A DNA stretch of 46,393 nt, from contig NC_068997.1 of the NCBI RefSeq assembly GCF_001194135.2, positions 38,182,178 to 38,228,570 on the forward strand, written 5' to 3'. Position numbers and translations under genes: made by a program. Below, piece after piece: positions 10,641-23,539 of this stretch (positions are counted from its first letter, which is position 1; every line of letters begins with the position of its first letter). Under the pieces are notes generated by a model. That model was not told where the DNA came from. It saw nothing but the letters and a program-made list of their open reading frames with translations, and did not search any database. The stretch is from Octopus bimaculoides (lineage: Eukaryota).

Positions 10641-10944
10641 CCAATAAATACCCAACTTATTTGCAATGTTGAATTGTCTTGATTCTGTCCTTTGAGATCG
10701 TATCGTTGACATTTATTATGATTCCAGATTTTTTATTCACTGATTTTTTCTCAAACTTTCTGGATGCACTAGAAGTTTGTTAACTAATTCACCCAATTTA
10801 TTGTCACTTCTTGTAAGTTCACCAATTTCATCAGATGCAACGATATAGAGAAAGGTGCAGGGACTGGAAATGAGATGCTATCGTAACATCTTAAGCTTCA
10901 CGTAATTTCACAACATCAGAGTCGAGTATATTCATGAAACCATA

Positions 10945-10978
<34 letters not shown>

Positions 10979-11220
10979 TATTAGGGATAAAAATCCAAAT
11001 TTACAGGTAAGAACTCAACTCAATTTAATTTAATTTATCAAAAGTAAAATTGAATTAAGTTTCACAATATATAATATATAAATATATAATTTAGAGATAA
11101 GAACCACAATTCTTGAACTCATCTATGAAAATCCACAGTCACATATAGAAAAATTTTATAAGTAAATACACTAAAAACATCTATAATAAAAATACAAAGT
11201 AATAAATATTTCAATAATAA

Positions 11221-11842
11221 NNNNNNNNNNNNNNNNNNNNNNNNNNNNNNNNNNNNNNNNNNNNNNNNNNNNNNNNNNNNNNNNNNNNNNNNNNNNNNNN
11301 NNNNNNNNNNNNNNNNNNNNNNNNNNNNNNNNNNNNNNNNNNNNNNNNNNNNNNNNNNNNNNNNNNNNNNNNNNNNNNNNNNNNNNNNNNNNNNNNNNNN
11401 NNNNNNNNNNNNNNNNNNNNNNNNNNNNNNNNNNNNNNNNNNNNNNNNNNNNNNNNNNNNNNNNNNNNNNNNNNNNNNNNNNNNNNNNNNNNNNNNNNNN
11501 NNNNNNNNNNNNNNNNNNNNNNNNNNNNNNNNNNNNNNNNNNNNNNNNNNNNNNNNNNNNNNNNNNNNNNNNNNNNNNNNNNNNNNNNNNNNNNNNNNNN
11601 NNNNNNNNNNNNNNNNNNNNNNNNNNNNNNNNNNNNNNNNNNNNNNNNNNNNNNNNNNNNNNNNNNNNNNNNNNNNNNNNNNNNNNNNNNNNNNNNNNNN
11701 NNNNNNNNNNNNNNNNNNNNNNNNNNNNNNNNNNNNNNNNNNNNNNNNNNNNNNNNNNNNNNNNNNNNNNNNNNNNNNNNNNNNNNNNNNNNNNNNNNNN
11801 NNNNNNNNNNNNNNNNNNNNNNNNNNNNNNNNNNNNNNNNNN
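11221..11842. other. Assembly gap (others at 2180-2330, 14169-14370, 38119-38357, 40597-41406, 42732-43516)
   Basis: Runs of N; most abut (TA)n or TA-rich simple sequence. Confidence 0.99.
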
Positions 11843-11844
11843 AT

Positions 11845-11960
11845 TATGTCGGGTTCTTTTGGCAAACCTTGAAAGTACAGGAAAATAGGCAAGCAAACAC
11901 TTACCCAAGATGCAACGCAGCGGAACTGAAAGCGTAACTATGCGGCTGAGAAGCGCACAC
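11845..11960 (-). mobile_element. SINE fragment (family 2)
   Basis: Minus strand TTCAGTTCCGCTGCGTTGCATCTTGGGTAAGTGTT resembles the heads at 16930 and 37905. Confidence 0.5.
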
Positions 11961-12106
11961 ACGCGCGAACACACTCACAACACACACATACGCACACACA
12001 CACACACGAATACAAACACATATGTGTGCATGCATGCATACATATACACAAATATATAAGCATGTGTGCGTGTACGTTTAGAGAGAGAAAAGAAGGGGGA
12101 GAGGAA

Positions 12107-12138
<32 letters not shown>

Positions 12139-12209
12139 TGTGTATGTGGGTGTGTGTGTGCGTGTGTGTGTGTGTGTGTGTGTATGTGTGTGTGTGTGTG
12201 TGTGTGTGT
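12107..12209. repeat. (TG)n microsatellite
   Basis: Seen directly. Confidence 0.95.
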
Positions 12210-13028
12210 AACATTCTTAAGCTGCAACAGATTTGAAACAGGAGTCGGTGAAAGTTTTGTCGATACACATTCTTGTCTATGTGTGATGGAATGTTTTGCA
12301 CGTGTCAAAGTAAAGGCTTAACATTTTTGAAACATAAGGGGCCATTGTTGTGTTATGTAAGAATGCAATATCCTCCTGAAAAGGCATATGCATGGTATTT
12401 GTGTTTGGCCATAGGTAGAATTTCCGAAAGATTAACTGAGAGAGCAATGGGCTCAAAGTTCTGTAGAAATTGGAGTTATCATGACTAAGAAGATCTATTT
12501 AAAAACGAAGTTGTGCAAGCGTAGAAGTAGTTAAGAGTGTATTATTATATCTGGAAATGTGCACATGGTGATCTTACTGGAAGCTGCTTATTGTGTGGTA
12601 GAGACAGAGAACGAAAGAGAGTTGCTGCTCAAGGGGAGAGAATCACTTCTAAGTATATCTTTCTTTTGTCTTTTGCGGAGAATTTTTTTCTTTTTTTGTT
12701 TCAAAGAGTGAAGAGTGATAAGAGCATATATACTATTGCATATTATTACTTATTATATTATATTGATATTCTTCCATTGATACAATGCCACAGATTCAAA
12801 GAGAGAGAGGATAATCGATTGAACCGACTTCACGATAATCTCAGTATGTCAATCCTGACTGTCAACTCCAGAAGGATTTAGCAGAGAGCGCTATGCTGTT
12901 CCCATTACCCTACAACATTGATACTGTAATTATAAAATGACGATTGTTGCTAGAGAAGTGAGTTAGCGAAACTAGTATTTGAATGTTTTAACTTCATACT
13001 TTTACTGCATGTCTTTCATCACTTCAAT

Positions 13029-13346
13029 GTCGATGAAAATAATAATCAGTCTGTCGAATTTGAACTCAGAGCACAAAGACAGATAGGATGCTGCTAAGCA
13101 TCTTGCCCAGCATACTAACGACTCTGCCAGTTCACCGCCTTCATAACCAGTAAAATATTGTTTCAAATTTTGGCACAAAGCCAGAAAACTTGGGGTAAGG
13201 GTATGTCGATGACATCGACCCCAGTACTCAACTGATACTAATTTTAACGACACCGAAATGATGAAGGTAAAGTCTACCTCGGTGGAATTTGAACTCCCAA
13301 TGTAAAGACGGACAACATGCCGCTAAGCATTTTGTCCACTGCTTTG
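13029..13346 (-). mobile_element. Two head-to-tail family-1 SINEs (13029-13142 and 13170-13346)
   Basis: Both contain GAATTTGAACTC (box B, reverse) and GCTAAGCAT. TAACCAGTAA flanks the second copy at 13144-13153 and 13347-13356. Confidence 0.8.
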
Positions 13347-14125
13347 TAACCAGTAATATCAATTCAAGTGACCTAAATATTTATATCTGGACTTGTGCCT
13401 ACGTATGAAATCAATATATCGATAGTTATGCTGAGGCAATATTTTGATGTTTTTTCAAACCAATAAATATTGATTATCAGAAATAATATTCATAAATTCG
13501 ATTCGGAAGAGCAGAGTAAACACTTAATAATGAAAGGGCGGCTTACTTGTATGAATCTCAGCCTTGAACATTTTTCTTATTTTATTTATTTATTTATAAA
13601 TTTATTTATTTATTTATTGTTATAATGTGCTTGAACATGTTTTTAGCAATTTGAAATATTTGAATTATATACTCAATCGTTAATTTTCTTCAAACAATTT
13701 AAGAATTATTTTCTGGTCTTTATATGTGTTCCTATTTGAAACCGTTTTTGAACGAAATAAATAGAGGTTCTCACCAAGACAGAAAGGAAGTATCGTGTAT
13801 GTACTGAATGCCTAAAAGCTGCATTCGTTAGACTTAAATGACTGAAACCATACCTAAAGAAGGTTTAATGGTAGTTTACGTTTCCACATATCCATCTCAT
13901 ATAAAATGACAAAATAAAGGAAGAGATAAATTCAGCTCATTTCCAATGTCAACAAAAATAACATAACAGATTCACTAATAAATATGAATACTATTTTGAT
14001 TAATTGTTACATTTAATATCTGATATATTACAAATCTGAGAGTCATACACGCTACAAATGGTTTCTACTGGTGTCAGTTTATTGAAGCTCTTCCTATAAA
14101 ATTAAGCGTTAATGACAGAAAAGTT

Positions 14126-14168
<43 letters not shown>

Positions 14169-14408
14169 NNNNNNNNNNNNNNNNNNNNNNNNNNNNNNNN
14201 NNNNNNNNNNNNNNNNNNNNNNNNNNNNNNNNNNNNNNNNNNNNNNNNNNNNNNNNNNNNNNNNNNNNNNNNNNNNNNNNNNNNNNNNNNNNNNNNNNNN
14301 NNNNNNNNNNNNNNNNNNNNNNNNNNNNNNNNNNNNNNNNNNNNNNNNNNNNNNNNNNNNNNNNNNNNNNAAGTACCACATTTAATCTTTTGATTAAATC
14401 TATATTAT

Positions 14409-14440
<32 letters not shown>

Positions 14441-14626
14441 TAAAAGTTACGAAGGGTATTGGAGTCAACCAAACCCTAAAGATACAGGTAATACCGAGTA
14501 AGTGCTGTATACCGACTAGTTTTGCCTCTGACGTGGTTGCAGCATGAGTGGGGAATATAACATGGGTCGTGTATTAGCGTGTGTATATATAAAAAAGAAT
14601 AAGATAAAGAGACCAATGGCATAAGT

Positions 14627-14667
<41 letters not shown>

Positions 14668-14670
14668 CAC

Positions 14671-15555
14671 GAGTTGGACGCAGTATACAGGTGGGCTGAT
14701 GACAACAACATGCAGTTTAATGCACGAAAATTCCAAGCCCTATACTACTAGCTCACAAAGTTAAACGACGTACAGACAAGATACACTAGACCGGGAGGAA
14801 TTGAAATTCCTGAATCAAAATCTGTGCGTGACCTGAGCATTGACATGAGAAATGATGCGTCTTTGCATGTGCATATTACCAATTTGGTAGTAAAATTTAG
14901 ACGGCTAGATGGAGGGATCCTCTGATCTTTCAAAACAAGAGAAAAGAAGACATTGATGATCCTTTGGAGAACATACGTCCTCAGCCGCTTGGACTACTGC
15001 TCCCAACTATGGCTACCACAGAATATAAATCTCACGGCAGAACTCGAAGCTACACTAAGGAAATCGTCTCGATGCAAGGTATCAGCTACAGGGAAAGACT
15101 GAAATAATTAAAACTCTTCTCCCTGGAATGTAGGCGGGAAAGATATGCACTGATATACATATAGGAAATCCTAGAAGGCCTTGTATCAAACTTTGGCATT
15201 GAAAGTTACTCAAACTGTAGAACGGGGCACGACTTCAGAGTGCCAAAAATCCCAGGATCGCCATCAAAATACAGGACCAAATATTGCAACAGCTTGGGCT
15301 TCAAGGGCTCAATATCCTTCCAAAATGCTTGATAGACCTGCATGATGTGGAAGTAAATGTCTTTATAACAAACCTGGATCACTTCCAGTCAAGGGTTCCA
15401 GACGAGCCTACTTCATGGCAGGAAATACAGATGAGGGCATCGGCATCAAACGCCCTCATTGACCAAATGCCACATAACAGGGGAGATTTCAAATAACGGT
15501 GTAGCACAGTCAACGGTGGTGCCCCAGCATGACCGCAGCTTTGTAGATGAAAAAT
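14671..15555 (+). mobile_element. 5'-truncated CR1-group LINE (RT C-terminus and 3' UTR)
   Basis: ELDAVYRWADDNNMQFNARKFQ, SKSVRDLSI, YVLSRLDYCSQLW, SYRERLK*LKLFSLECRRERYALIYI; ends GGTGGTGCCCCAGCATGACCGCAG...TGAAA. Confidence 0.85.
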
Positions 15556-15569
15556 TTTTCAGAATTAAA

Positions 15570-15611
<42 letters not shown>

Positions 15612-16929
15612 CGCACAAATGTTCTAAAAAAATGTTATTTACTTTGTGATTAAATTTGGATGTTATATCTGGAAAATGGAAGTAAGACGTTAATGTATCT
15701 GTTGTGTTCTATTTATTACAATAGATTCAACAAACATATTTTCTAAAGAATAAAATGTGAACACAATCTATAAACTTTATTTTTTAAATTTTTTTATTGT
15801 TTTTCATTTACTCACTTAAAATAGCTAAAATCAGTTACATATTTTACTGACAGATCTCATATTTTTATATTTACTTTGAAATGCAGCAGTAAACTCAAGC
15901 AATGCATAAATGTGCATACTAGGCATAATGGATAGGATAGAGATAGCGATGCTTCTGATAACTTGGGTATTCACAATGAATTGTACAGAACGAAGTAAAC
16001 CGAAACGAAACTCTTCAAACTCAACCGAATTACAGACACTCATCAAGAAAACAAACCGACAAAATGAATGCATTTTATGTAATAACTATTAACACAATAT
16101 AAATAGAAAAGTTTTACTACGTATATTATGGAATACAGCACAAATAGAGAACTTCTATCACCTATATTGCACAGAAGGTATCAACCAACGATGGAACCTC
16201 TAAACATTTAGCTGGCCATCAAATTTTCACCAAATTACATCCTAGCGCCATAAAAGAACAGTCCTTCATACAGCATACTAGAACAAAAATGGGATAGTCA
16301 CGTTTCAGAAAACGCCGGTGAAATGATACTTGTGAGCATAAAGATATTTTGCTCGATTATTAGAATACGAATGCCACGAAATATACTGGATTTATTATAC
16401 ATCAACAGTATCAGATCGTGTCTGCTTTTCTACCAATTAATCCGTCGATATTAAGCAATTCGTCTACTAATATTGAAAAAGTAATTTAATTCAAACTCTT
16501 TGCTTTCATAATATTTCAGTGGTATCTTCGCCACAGCTTCTACAAGACTTAATATATCGTCTATAGAACACTGTTATCTGAAGGACTATGATATAGACAG
16601 AGCTGTCAACAGCTGTCTAGAATGCTTGGTATATTCTCGACGTTGAACATTATATCAAACTATGAACTAATCTCTCGTTTATAGTGGCATTTACATTCGT
16701 CGATTATGACTAGATGTAAACCAGCAGCTATGTCGAACTACCTAATTAACATTGTTGCGTGCGCTTATTCTAACCATTTATACTATATTCTGGAATTTGC
16801 CCTATGTATAATATTAGTATGAAACCCGAATAGGAAAATGAATGGTACGCCATATAAATTTTTTTTTTCAAACCCTAGAAATTTTAATTACATCCATTCA
16901 GACTGAAATCTCTCTAGAATAACATGTCA

Positions 16930-17080
16930 GTGCATGATTAAGTAGTTCAGAAGTATCCTTTGCAACCATGTAGTTTCGGTTACGATCTCAATGTGCTGCA
17001 CCTTGGGAAAATATCCTCTATCATAACCTCTTTATTTGACGAATAACTTGTAAGTGGAATTTGGTAGACACAATCTGTTT
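16930..17080 (+). mobile_element. Diverged SINE (family 2)
   Basis: GCATGATTAAGTAGTT...GCTGCACCTTGGGAAAATATCCTCTA...GTAAGTGGAATTTGGTAGAC. Confidence 0.55.
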
Positions 17081-17234
17081 TGAATCTGAGCTTATAAAGA
17101 CATATACGCACATGCATCCACGCATGTATACACATACGTACGTACATACCTACTTACATGCATGCATACATACATACATACATACATACATACATACATA
17201 CATACATACATACATACACTCACACATACATAAT

Positions 17235-17740
17235 AGATGCTTTTTCGTATACGAGCAAAGCCATTGCTAGAAGGAATCATTGAAATAAGTCATTAATGAT
17301 GCAATATGAGGCCCTTGTATGACTCTTGATCCCGGCAAAAATTTGCACATTCTTTTGCATAATGCACAGCTGAGCTAGCTGGCAGACGGAACAAGTGCTA
17401 CAGTATGAAGTCTTGTGACATAACTTTTCAATCTTTCAACACCTCTCCACAGGTTGCACATGTTTTGTTGTGAACAATAGCCGTATCACAATATATAAGG
17501 GGTTGATTCATGTGAGTTCTCCGATAGCTGATCAGGCTTGCATGACTCAAGTATTTCCTCTCACAAAACACACACATAAAAAGCAACACTCTCTCATTTT
17601 CCACAGGTTCATTCTTTCTAAGCCTTCTCTTGATCTTCTCGTGCTTCATTCTCGCTCTTTCAAACTTCGAACAACCACTGTGCACTCTTTTCCTCCATCC
17701 ATTTCGGTCTTGTGCATCCCTCTCTCAATCAACAACTGAA
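17235..17740 (-). mobile_element. RTE-clade LINE 3' fragment with multiple C2H2-like fingers, between two (CATA)n tracts
   Basis: KFERARMKHE (compare TFERARILHE at ~6670), CVFCERKYLSHASLISYRRTH, CATCGEV, and in a further frame CALCKRMCKFLPG(I)KSHTR. (CATA)n at 17165-17216 and 17748-17825. Confidence 0.75.
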
Positions 17741-17791
17741 ACTCCAGCATACATACATACATACATACACACATACACATACATACATACA

Positions 17792-17825
<34 letters not shown>

Positions 17826-18373
17826 CAACCTGCCCCAGAGGCATGATATACTTCCAGGGACTATTTACAATGCTATCCGCAGGAATGACTGCCCTGGCGT
17901 ATTCACACCTTTAAAAACAAGGAATACGGGTGGAACACCCCAATAAAAATATCAATTCGGTGTAAACATAAGAGACCTAGTAATGTTCTGTGGGATAGAG
18001 CACACAAGTCATGCGCTGCTGTAGAAGTCAGCTACTCAGCAGATGTGAATGTGTAATCAAAATTCCAGGACAAAGAGAACATTTATAGCGGAACTTACAG
18101 CTCTTGTTCTCTGACTATGAATTCTCGTTCGTATCCATCATCATAGTTGCATTAGGTTGTGTACCAACAAAATTTCACAAAAGACGTTTGAATATGAAAT
18201 TAATAAGGAGTAAGATGCACAGAATATACATATTTGATTTCTTTTTCCTAAATTATTACGAAGATCTTAAAATTTCTAGTCTAGGTAATCGTGTACAGCA
18301 TCATTCCATTGTCTTTTCAAACCATCGTCATGACATAAAGCGAGGTATATCAATTAATCATCAACAATGTATG

Positions 18374-18506
<133 letters not shown>

Positions 18507-18789
18507 GTACAGTATGTTCGGACTGAATTGGACGATTTTATATCTTCTATCAGGAACAGCTTGATGTATTGGTGAACAGCCAATAGCATTAGAGAGCATA
18601 GAGACAGAAATTGTAGTGGAGAAAAGTTAGCTGATGTGGTGGACTGGAGGGCATCTGAATATTAGTTACTTGCATCTTAATGTTTTGCACCGGGTATCAA
18701 ACTGCCGATATCATGACTGCTGCTCACCGCTCAATGAACACTTTATAGACTATAAGAAGTAACATGGACAAATGCAACTGAAGCTACAA

Positions 18790-19368
18790 AGCCGTAGCCA
18801 TCCAGAAAGGACACACCATGTGTTCTGACGTCATGTTGCCCCACATCTTTGAACAGAGATTTAAGCTCAATTCAGAGGGTTATGTGAAACTGCTGGAGAC
18901 TGTGGTCGCTGATGAGGTCGCTGCTAGAAGGACATATATATGATAGCAGGACTCAACTCCTTGGCATAGCTCCTAAGAGATTCGAAGTGTCTGTCGGAGA
19001 ATTTTTATGACTTTGCCAGTCACAATATCTAACTCCTTATTTCTTACGATTGTAATTGGATTATTATATGTGTGGTGCGGTTTAGAAAGGCACCAACTGT
19101 GCTGCCTGCAATACCAAGGCCGAGCTGGAGGTCAAAATCAAGGAAGTGTTCGAATATCTTCCTAGGGACACGGTGAGAAACGCCTGCTCCAGGTTCCGGA
19201 GCAGACTTGGGATCGCGGTGGAAGTTGAGAGCGGCTACTTCGTGTAAATTGTTATTTCCCAGTCATAATCTTGGTGATACTTTCTGACTTTTTAAAAACT
19301 ACTTTGTTTTTGAATTAGATACTGTGTTTTCTTTTTCTTTTATACAAATTTGGCCCAAACACCCTGTA
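18790..19368 (+). mobile_element. Tc1/mariner transposon 3' remnant, DD37D (maT-like)
   Basis: DVMLPHIFEQRFKLNSEGYVKLLETVV, QDSTPWH, SENFYDF, DCN..DYY, ACSRFRSRLGIAVEVESGYFV*. With two frameshifts repaired, the second-to-third Asp spacing is 37. The 3' TIR ends ...CCAAACACCCTG followed by TA (19367-19368). Confidence 0.8.
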
Positions 19369-20043
19369 TATATATACTGGGGTATATATAATGATTAACG
19401 CATATATATATATAGTGAGTCAATGCCTAAATTTCTATATTAAATCTAGCTTCAGTTTCACTGCTATCAAACTAATTGTGTCCATATTCGATAGAACAGT
19501 TCTGCTTACATTTGCATTTCTACTCGAGCTATCCAAATAAGTTTGGGGAAATGATAGTTTCAAACAGTAAAATATTCAAATTGATCAGTTAAAATATACA
19601 TAACTGAAATAGTGAAGAAACAACCGAATAATGAGAGGCAATAAGTAAATTGGGAGCATAATACACGTTATTTTTTTTTTCGCATTCTATTTCTGATGTG
19701 TTCTAACTTTAAGCAGATTTTATTCTCTCTGAACCAAAGAGACACAAAAAGAAAAACGAAATCTATGTTAATAAACTTTATAATCGCTTCAAAAACAAAA
19801 CCTATTTTTGGCATTTCCTTTTTAAATATATTTGTGTAAGGAAATCAACTGTGAAATCATTTATCCCAACATACACTGCACTTATATTTCATTGACAGTA
19901 AAGGTACCATTGAAAATGTTGAACAAGGTAAAATCATGTCACTTGCCAAACACATTAACTCTAAAACTATAAATATAATACGTTGTGTACCTTTAGAGAA
20001 TACTATTAACAGTGAGACTTATATCATCACTATATTTTTTCAG

Positions 20044-20097
<54 letters not shown>

Positions 20098-20101
<4 letters not shown>

Positions 20102-21669
20102 ACAAGATACAAAAATATCAATATCTGATTTGTCGTTGGCACACTTCGACCCTGCAACGGAGTTTGTTGCAGCTTCAGACGCTTCTGAGTACGGTATAGG
20201 AGCAGTAATGCTATATAAATATAAAGATGGTTACATGAAGGCAGTGGTGCATGCCTCATGTTCTCTGATATCAGCAGAAAAAATATAGTCAAATGGAAAA
20301 AGAAGTTCTGGCGATCATTTTTGCCATGAAGTTTTCGTCTATAGATTGACCACCGACCGTTATTCTCAATATTTGGGTCGAAAAACGGATTCCTACCCAT
20401 ACTGCTAATAGGTTACAACGCTGGGGTACAATATTATTAAACTATGATTTTAAGATAGCGTATAGACCATCCAAGAAATTAGGTGAGGCAGATTGTCTGT
20501 CAAGACTGATTTTAAAAAAAGTGGAACCGTTTGAAGACACCGTGATTGCCGCCTGGCGAGCGGAAAATGAAATTTAAAATGTTTTGTGTAACATCATTCG
20601 TGAACTGCCAGTTACTTTACAAGACATAAAACTGAAACCAGAAAATTGTAAATTCATGAAATACTGAAGGCTAAAAGAAATAAAAGTATCCGCAGCACAA
20701 ATGCGAACCATTTCTCACTGCCTCACAATATGTTGATGTATGCGCAAAGAGTTGCAGTGCGAGCCATGCTACTAAAGCAATTATTGAAGGAATTTCATCT
20801 GGGCCACCCAGTGATTTCGGGAATGTAATCATTAAGTTACGTATGTTGACCAACAATAGACCGTGACATTGAAGAATTTATGAAAACACACACTGTGTGC
20901 TTTAGCTGCAAAATTACCTACCACTAAATGGCAACCGTGGCCAAAAACAAATGTTCCATGTCCAGACTGCATGTGGATTACGCAGGTCCACTCAAGGGTC
21001 AAATGGTCAAGCGGGCGTTTTGTTGATACTTTCAAGAGGGCTTTGAAAAAAGGCGAACAATGATGTGATGGACGATTTTGTACTCCAACAATTTCTAAGA
21101 GTGTACCGAGTAACACATAACCTGAATACACCGTCGGGAATGTCATCCCTAGAATTGATATTTGCTAGAAAGGTCAGATTTGTTTTTGATAAGTCGATAG
21201 CAAGTGAAAATAAAAAAGGCAAACCGCATAAATACTTCAAAAGTTAGGTGACAAGGTCTTTTTTAAAACCTATAGATATGTAATAATTAAATAAATTGGA
21301 AGAATGACATTCCTGGTAAAAGGGAAAACATGTCGAATACAAAACCAACTAAAAAAAGAGAAATGAATCTTTGTGCAAGTATTGTACTACACGTTTGAGG
21401 TACCAAAACCAAAACAATTTGAAACTACAAGTTCTAGCACCAGAAAATGGAAAAGAACGGAAACACTGGAATTGAACCCTAAGCGTAAGAGATATTAAAA
21501 CTCTGAGCGGAGTTCAATTCTCAAAAGGGAAGAAGATAGGGGAGACTGATTCTAAAAAGGGGAGATGTTGTGGAAGGATTCCGACCACCCTTCAGGTGAC
21601 TAAAAGGTGGACTAACTCATTATTATAAAGTAAAGAACTGTTAGCGATTTACAGTTCGTGTTACTAGCA
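20098..21669 (+). mobile_element. Second Mag-like Gypsy remnant: RNase H, integrase with deleted core, PPT and 3' LTR
   Basis: SDLSLAHFDPATEFVAASDASEYGIGAV (RNase H), GRKTDSYPY/TANRLQRWGTILLNYDFKIAY, FHLGHPV...IDRDIEE (HHCC region), RLHVDYAGPLKG. PPT AAAAAGGGGAGA at 21554-21565, LTR starting TGTTGTGG at 21566; LTR end uncertain. Confidence 0.85.
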
Positions 21670-22299
21670 TTTTTTTTGCGTTAATCATTATTTGATCCCT
21701 GTTAGACGTAAGTTGCAATGCTGATTAATTGTTGAAGGTCTCCCGGAAGGGTAAACCTAATTGCTGGACCTAATTATTGAATTATTGAATTGCTACTTGC
21801 TGTTATTTTGTCTGTGAATTTATAATTGTTTTGTTCCCCATTTATGGGGAAGGATGGAAAGCGAACCAGTTCTGGCCGGCAGCTATGCTTCAGCCACTGG
21901 AAGAGGTTTGACAACAGATTTGTTGCAGGTTCGAGAGATAAAGATGGAACAGAGGAAGTTGAAGGAGTTCAACAGACATAGTAAAGGAGGGAACTAGTAG
22001 AAATTCCAGGGTTAAATGAAATGTTTTTGTATAACATGGATAAATTAAGAAATGGTGTCAAACGCAGGAGTTATTCAAATCATTTATACTTCCAACATAT
22101 GTTTCGAAAAAAGCATTGAGATTATTCTGGAGGGAATAAAAATGGTGTAAAACAATGCAATCATCTTATCGGGAATAAAAAAAAGAAACAAAACACATCA
22201 ATAAGCCGTTTTAACCAAATGTGATTACCGCGAACGTAAGTATATGATGTAAGGAGAATGCTAGCAAGTTATTTTTTTTTAAACCATTAATAGATTTAA

Positions 22300-23130
22300 C
22301 GTCAAAGGTAATTAAGAAAAAGAGAAGGAGGAAAAAGAAAGACATTAACAGAAAATTAAGAGTGGAAAATATAGTGTGATAGATGAATGGGAATAAAGTT
22401 TAAAGGCGTGGAAATAGATATATGTAGTGGAAATGAATTTTATAGATCGAATTTTATAGATTGGCAAAAATTACTTATAGGAACTAAAAATATATTTTTG
22501 CCAATATTTACAACGATAAACGCATTCTATGAGAAATTGCTCTTCGTTACAGAGCAGACAAAAAGATTTACTTTTGTCATATGGGAAGGATCTAGTTACA
22601 ATTTTCCATTCCAAACCGAATTGCTTATGTTACTTTAGAGACTAAATTTATTTACTAAGCCCAGTATTGTTCCGTTTATTGATATGTCTAAATGTACAAT
22701 AATGGTTAAATGTTCTTTTCGACAACTGAGACGATAAGCTACCTATATACAAAAAGACGTCAGAACCGGAAGTAATTTTACATTGATAAACAGAGTTTCT
22801 AGTCTTAGAATTACTGCTAAAGAAATGAATACGATCCGAATTTATATCAGAAATATTTATATTGTTGTTATTATTGTTCAAAGAATGGTTAGCGTTAATA
22901 ATATCACTGTTATTATTTTCATTAGGTGGATTTGTATTTAACAACTTATGGTTATGCGAAGAAATGATTTGTGAAAGGTTTTTGCTGTTTGAAAAACCTA
23001 TCTTAATTCGGTGTGAATTGACAATGGAATGGTATCTGGGGTTTTTTGGAAAATTCTTATCTATAGCTTCCCGTAACTTATAAGGGAGGTTGGATTTGAT
23101 TTGCTTATCAAATAGAACGATCAACCAAAC
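22300..23130 (-). mobile_element. Penelope-like element remnant encoding a GIY-YIG (Uri) endonuclease
   Basis: IDKNFPKNPRYHSIVNSHRIKIGFS...IISSHNHKLL, an Asn-rich linker, VYQCKI...LYIG...RTFNH...TGLSK, then EWKIVTRSFPY...CLLCNEE past stop codons. Confidence 0.85.
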
Positions 23131-23539
23131 TGTTTTACTAGAACACCTTGTTATTATGGTAATTATCTTTAAAAGTCCTAGACTTATTCTTATTACGTAT
23201 AAAGGGATATAAAGAACGGTTACCTCCCTTACACTGTAAAATTATATTTTTCGATTTATTGTTGTTATTCGAACTAAATTTTACATTGTTATTACCGTTA
23301 TAATGTGTTTTCACAACAACAGCCAGAAAATAATGAACAGTAACAACAACAAGAAGAGTCACTCCGAAATTCCAACATAATAGCTGATTTACTGAACGAT
23401 AGTTTCTATTCACCTCTCTCTCTCTCTCACCACACTCACAGCAGCCACCACAATTATCATCGACGTCAGACTGTCATCCTAAAAACATTAGCTGTCAGCC
23501 TATAATATTCCCGTCATATAGCTAACTCTGTTTAGAGGA

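Noticed and set aside
12300-12600. Possible decayed LINE C-terminus on the minus strand
   Set aside because: Only a weak FYR/HCS resemblance that needs frameshifts.
15830-16640. Possible Penelope remnant (SKHLA motif) and a CTGAAG-hairpin-CAGCTGTC hammerhead relic
   Set aside because: No GIY/YIG motifs were recovered and the GAAA box is missing; too degenerate to support.
21850-21900. CTGAAG motif near the 3' side of the Penelope remnant
   Set aside because: The core reads CTGAAGC and GAAC and the stems do not close.
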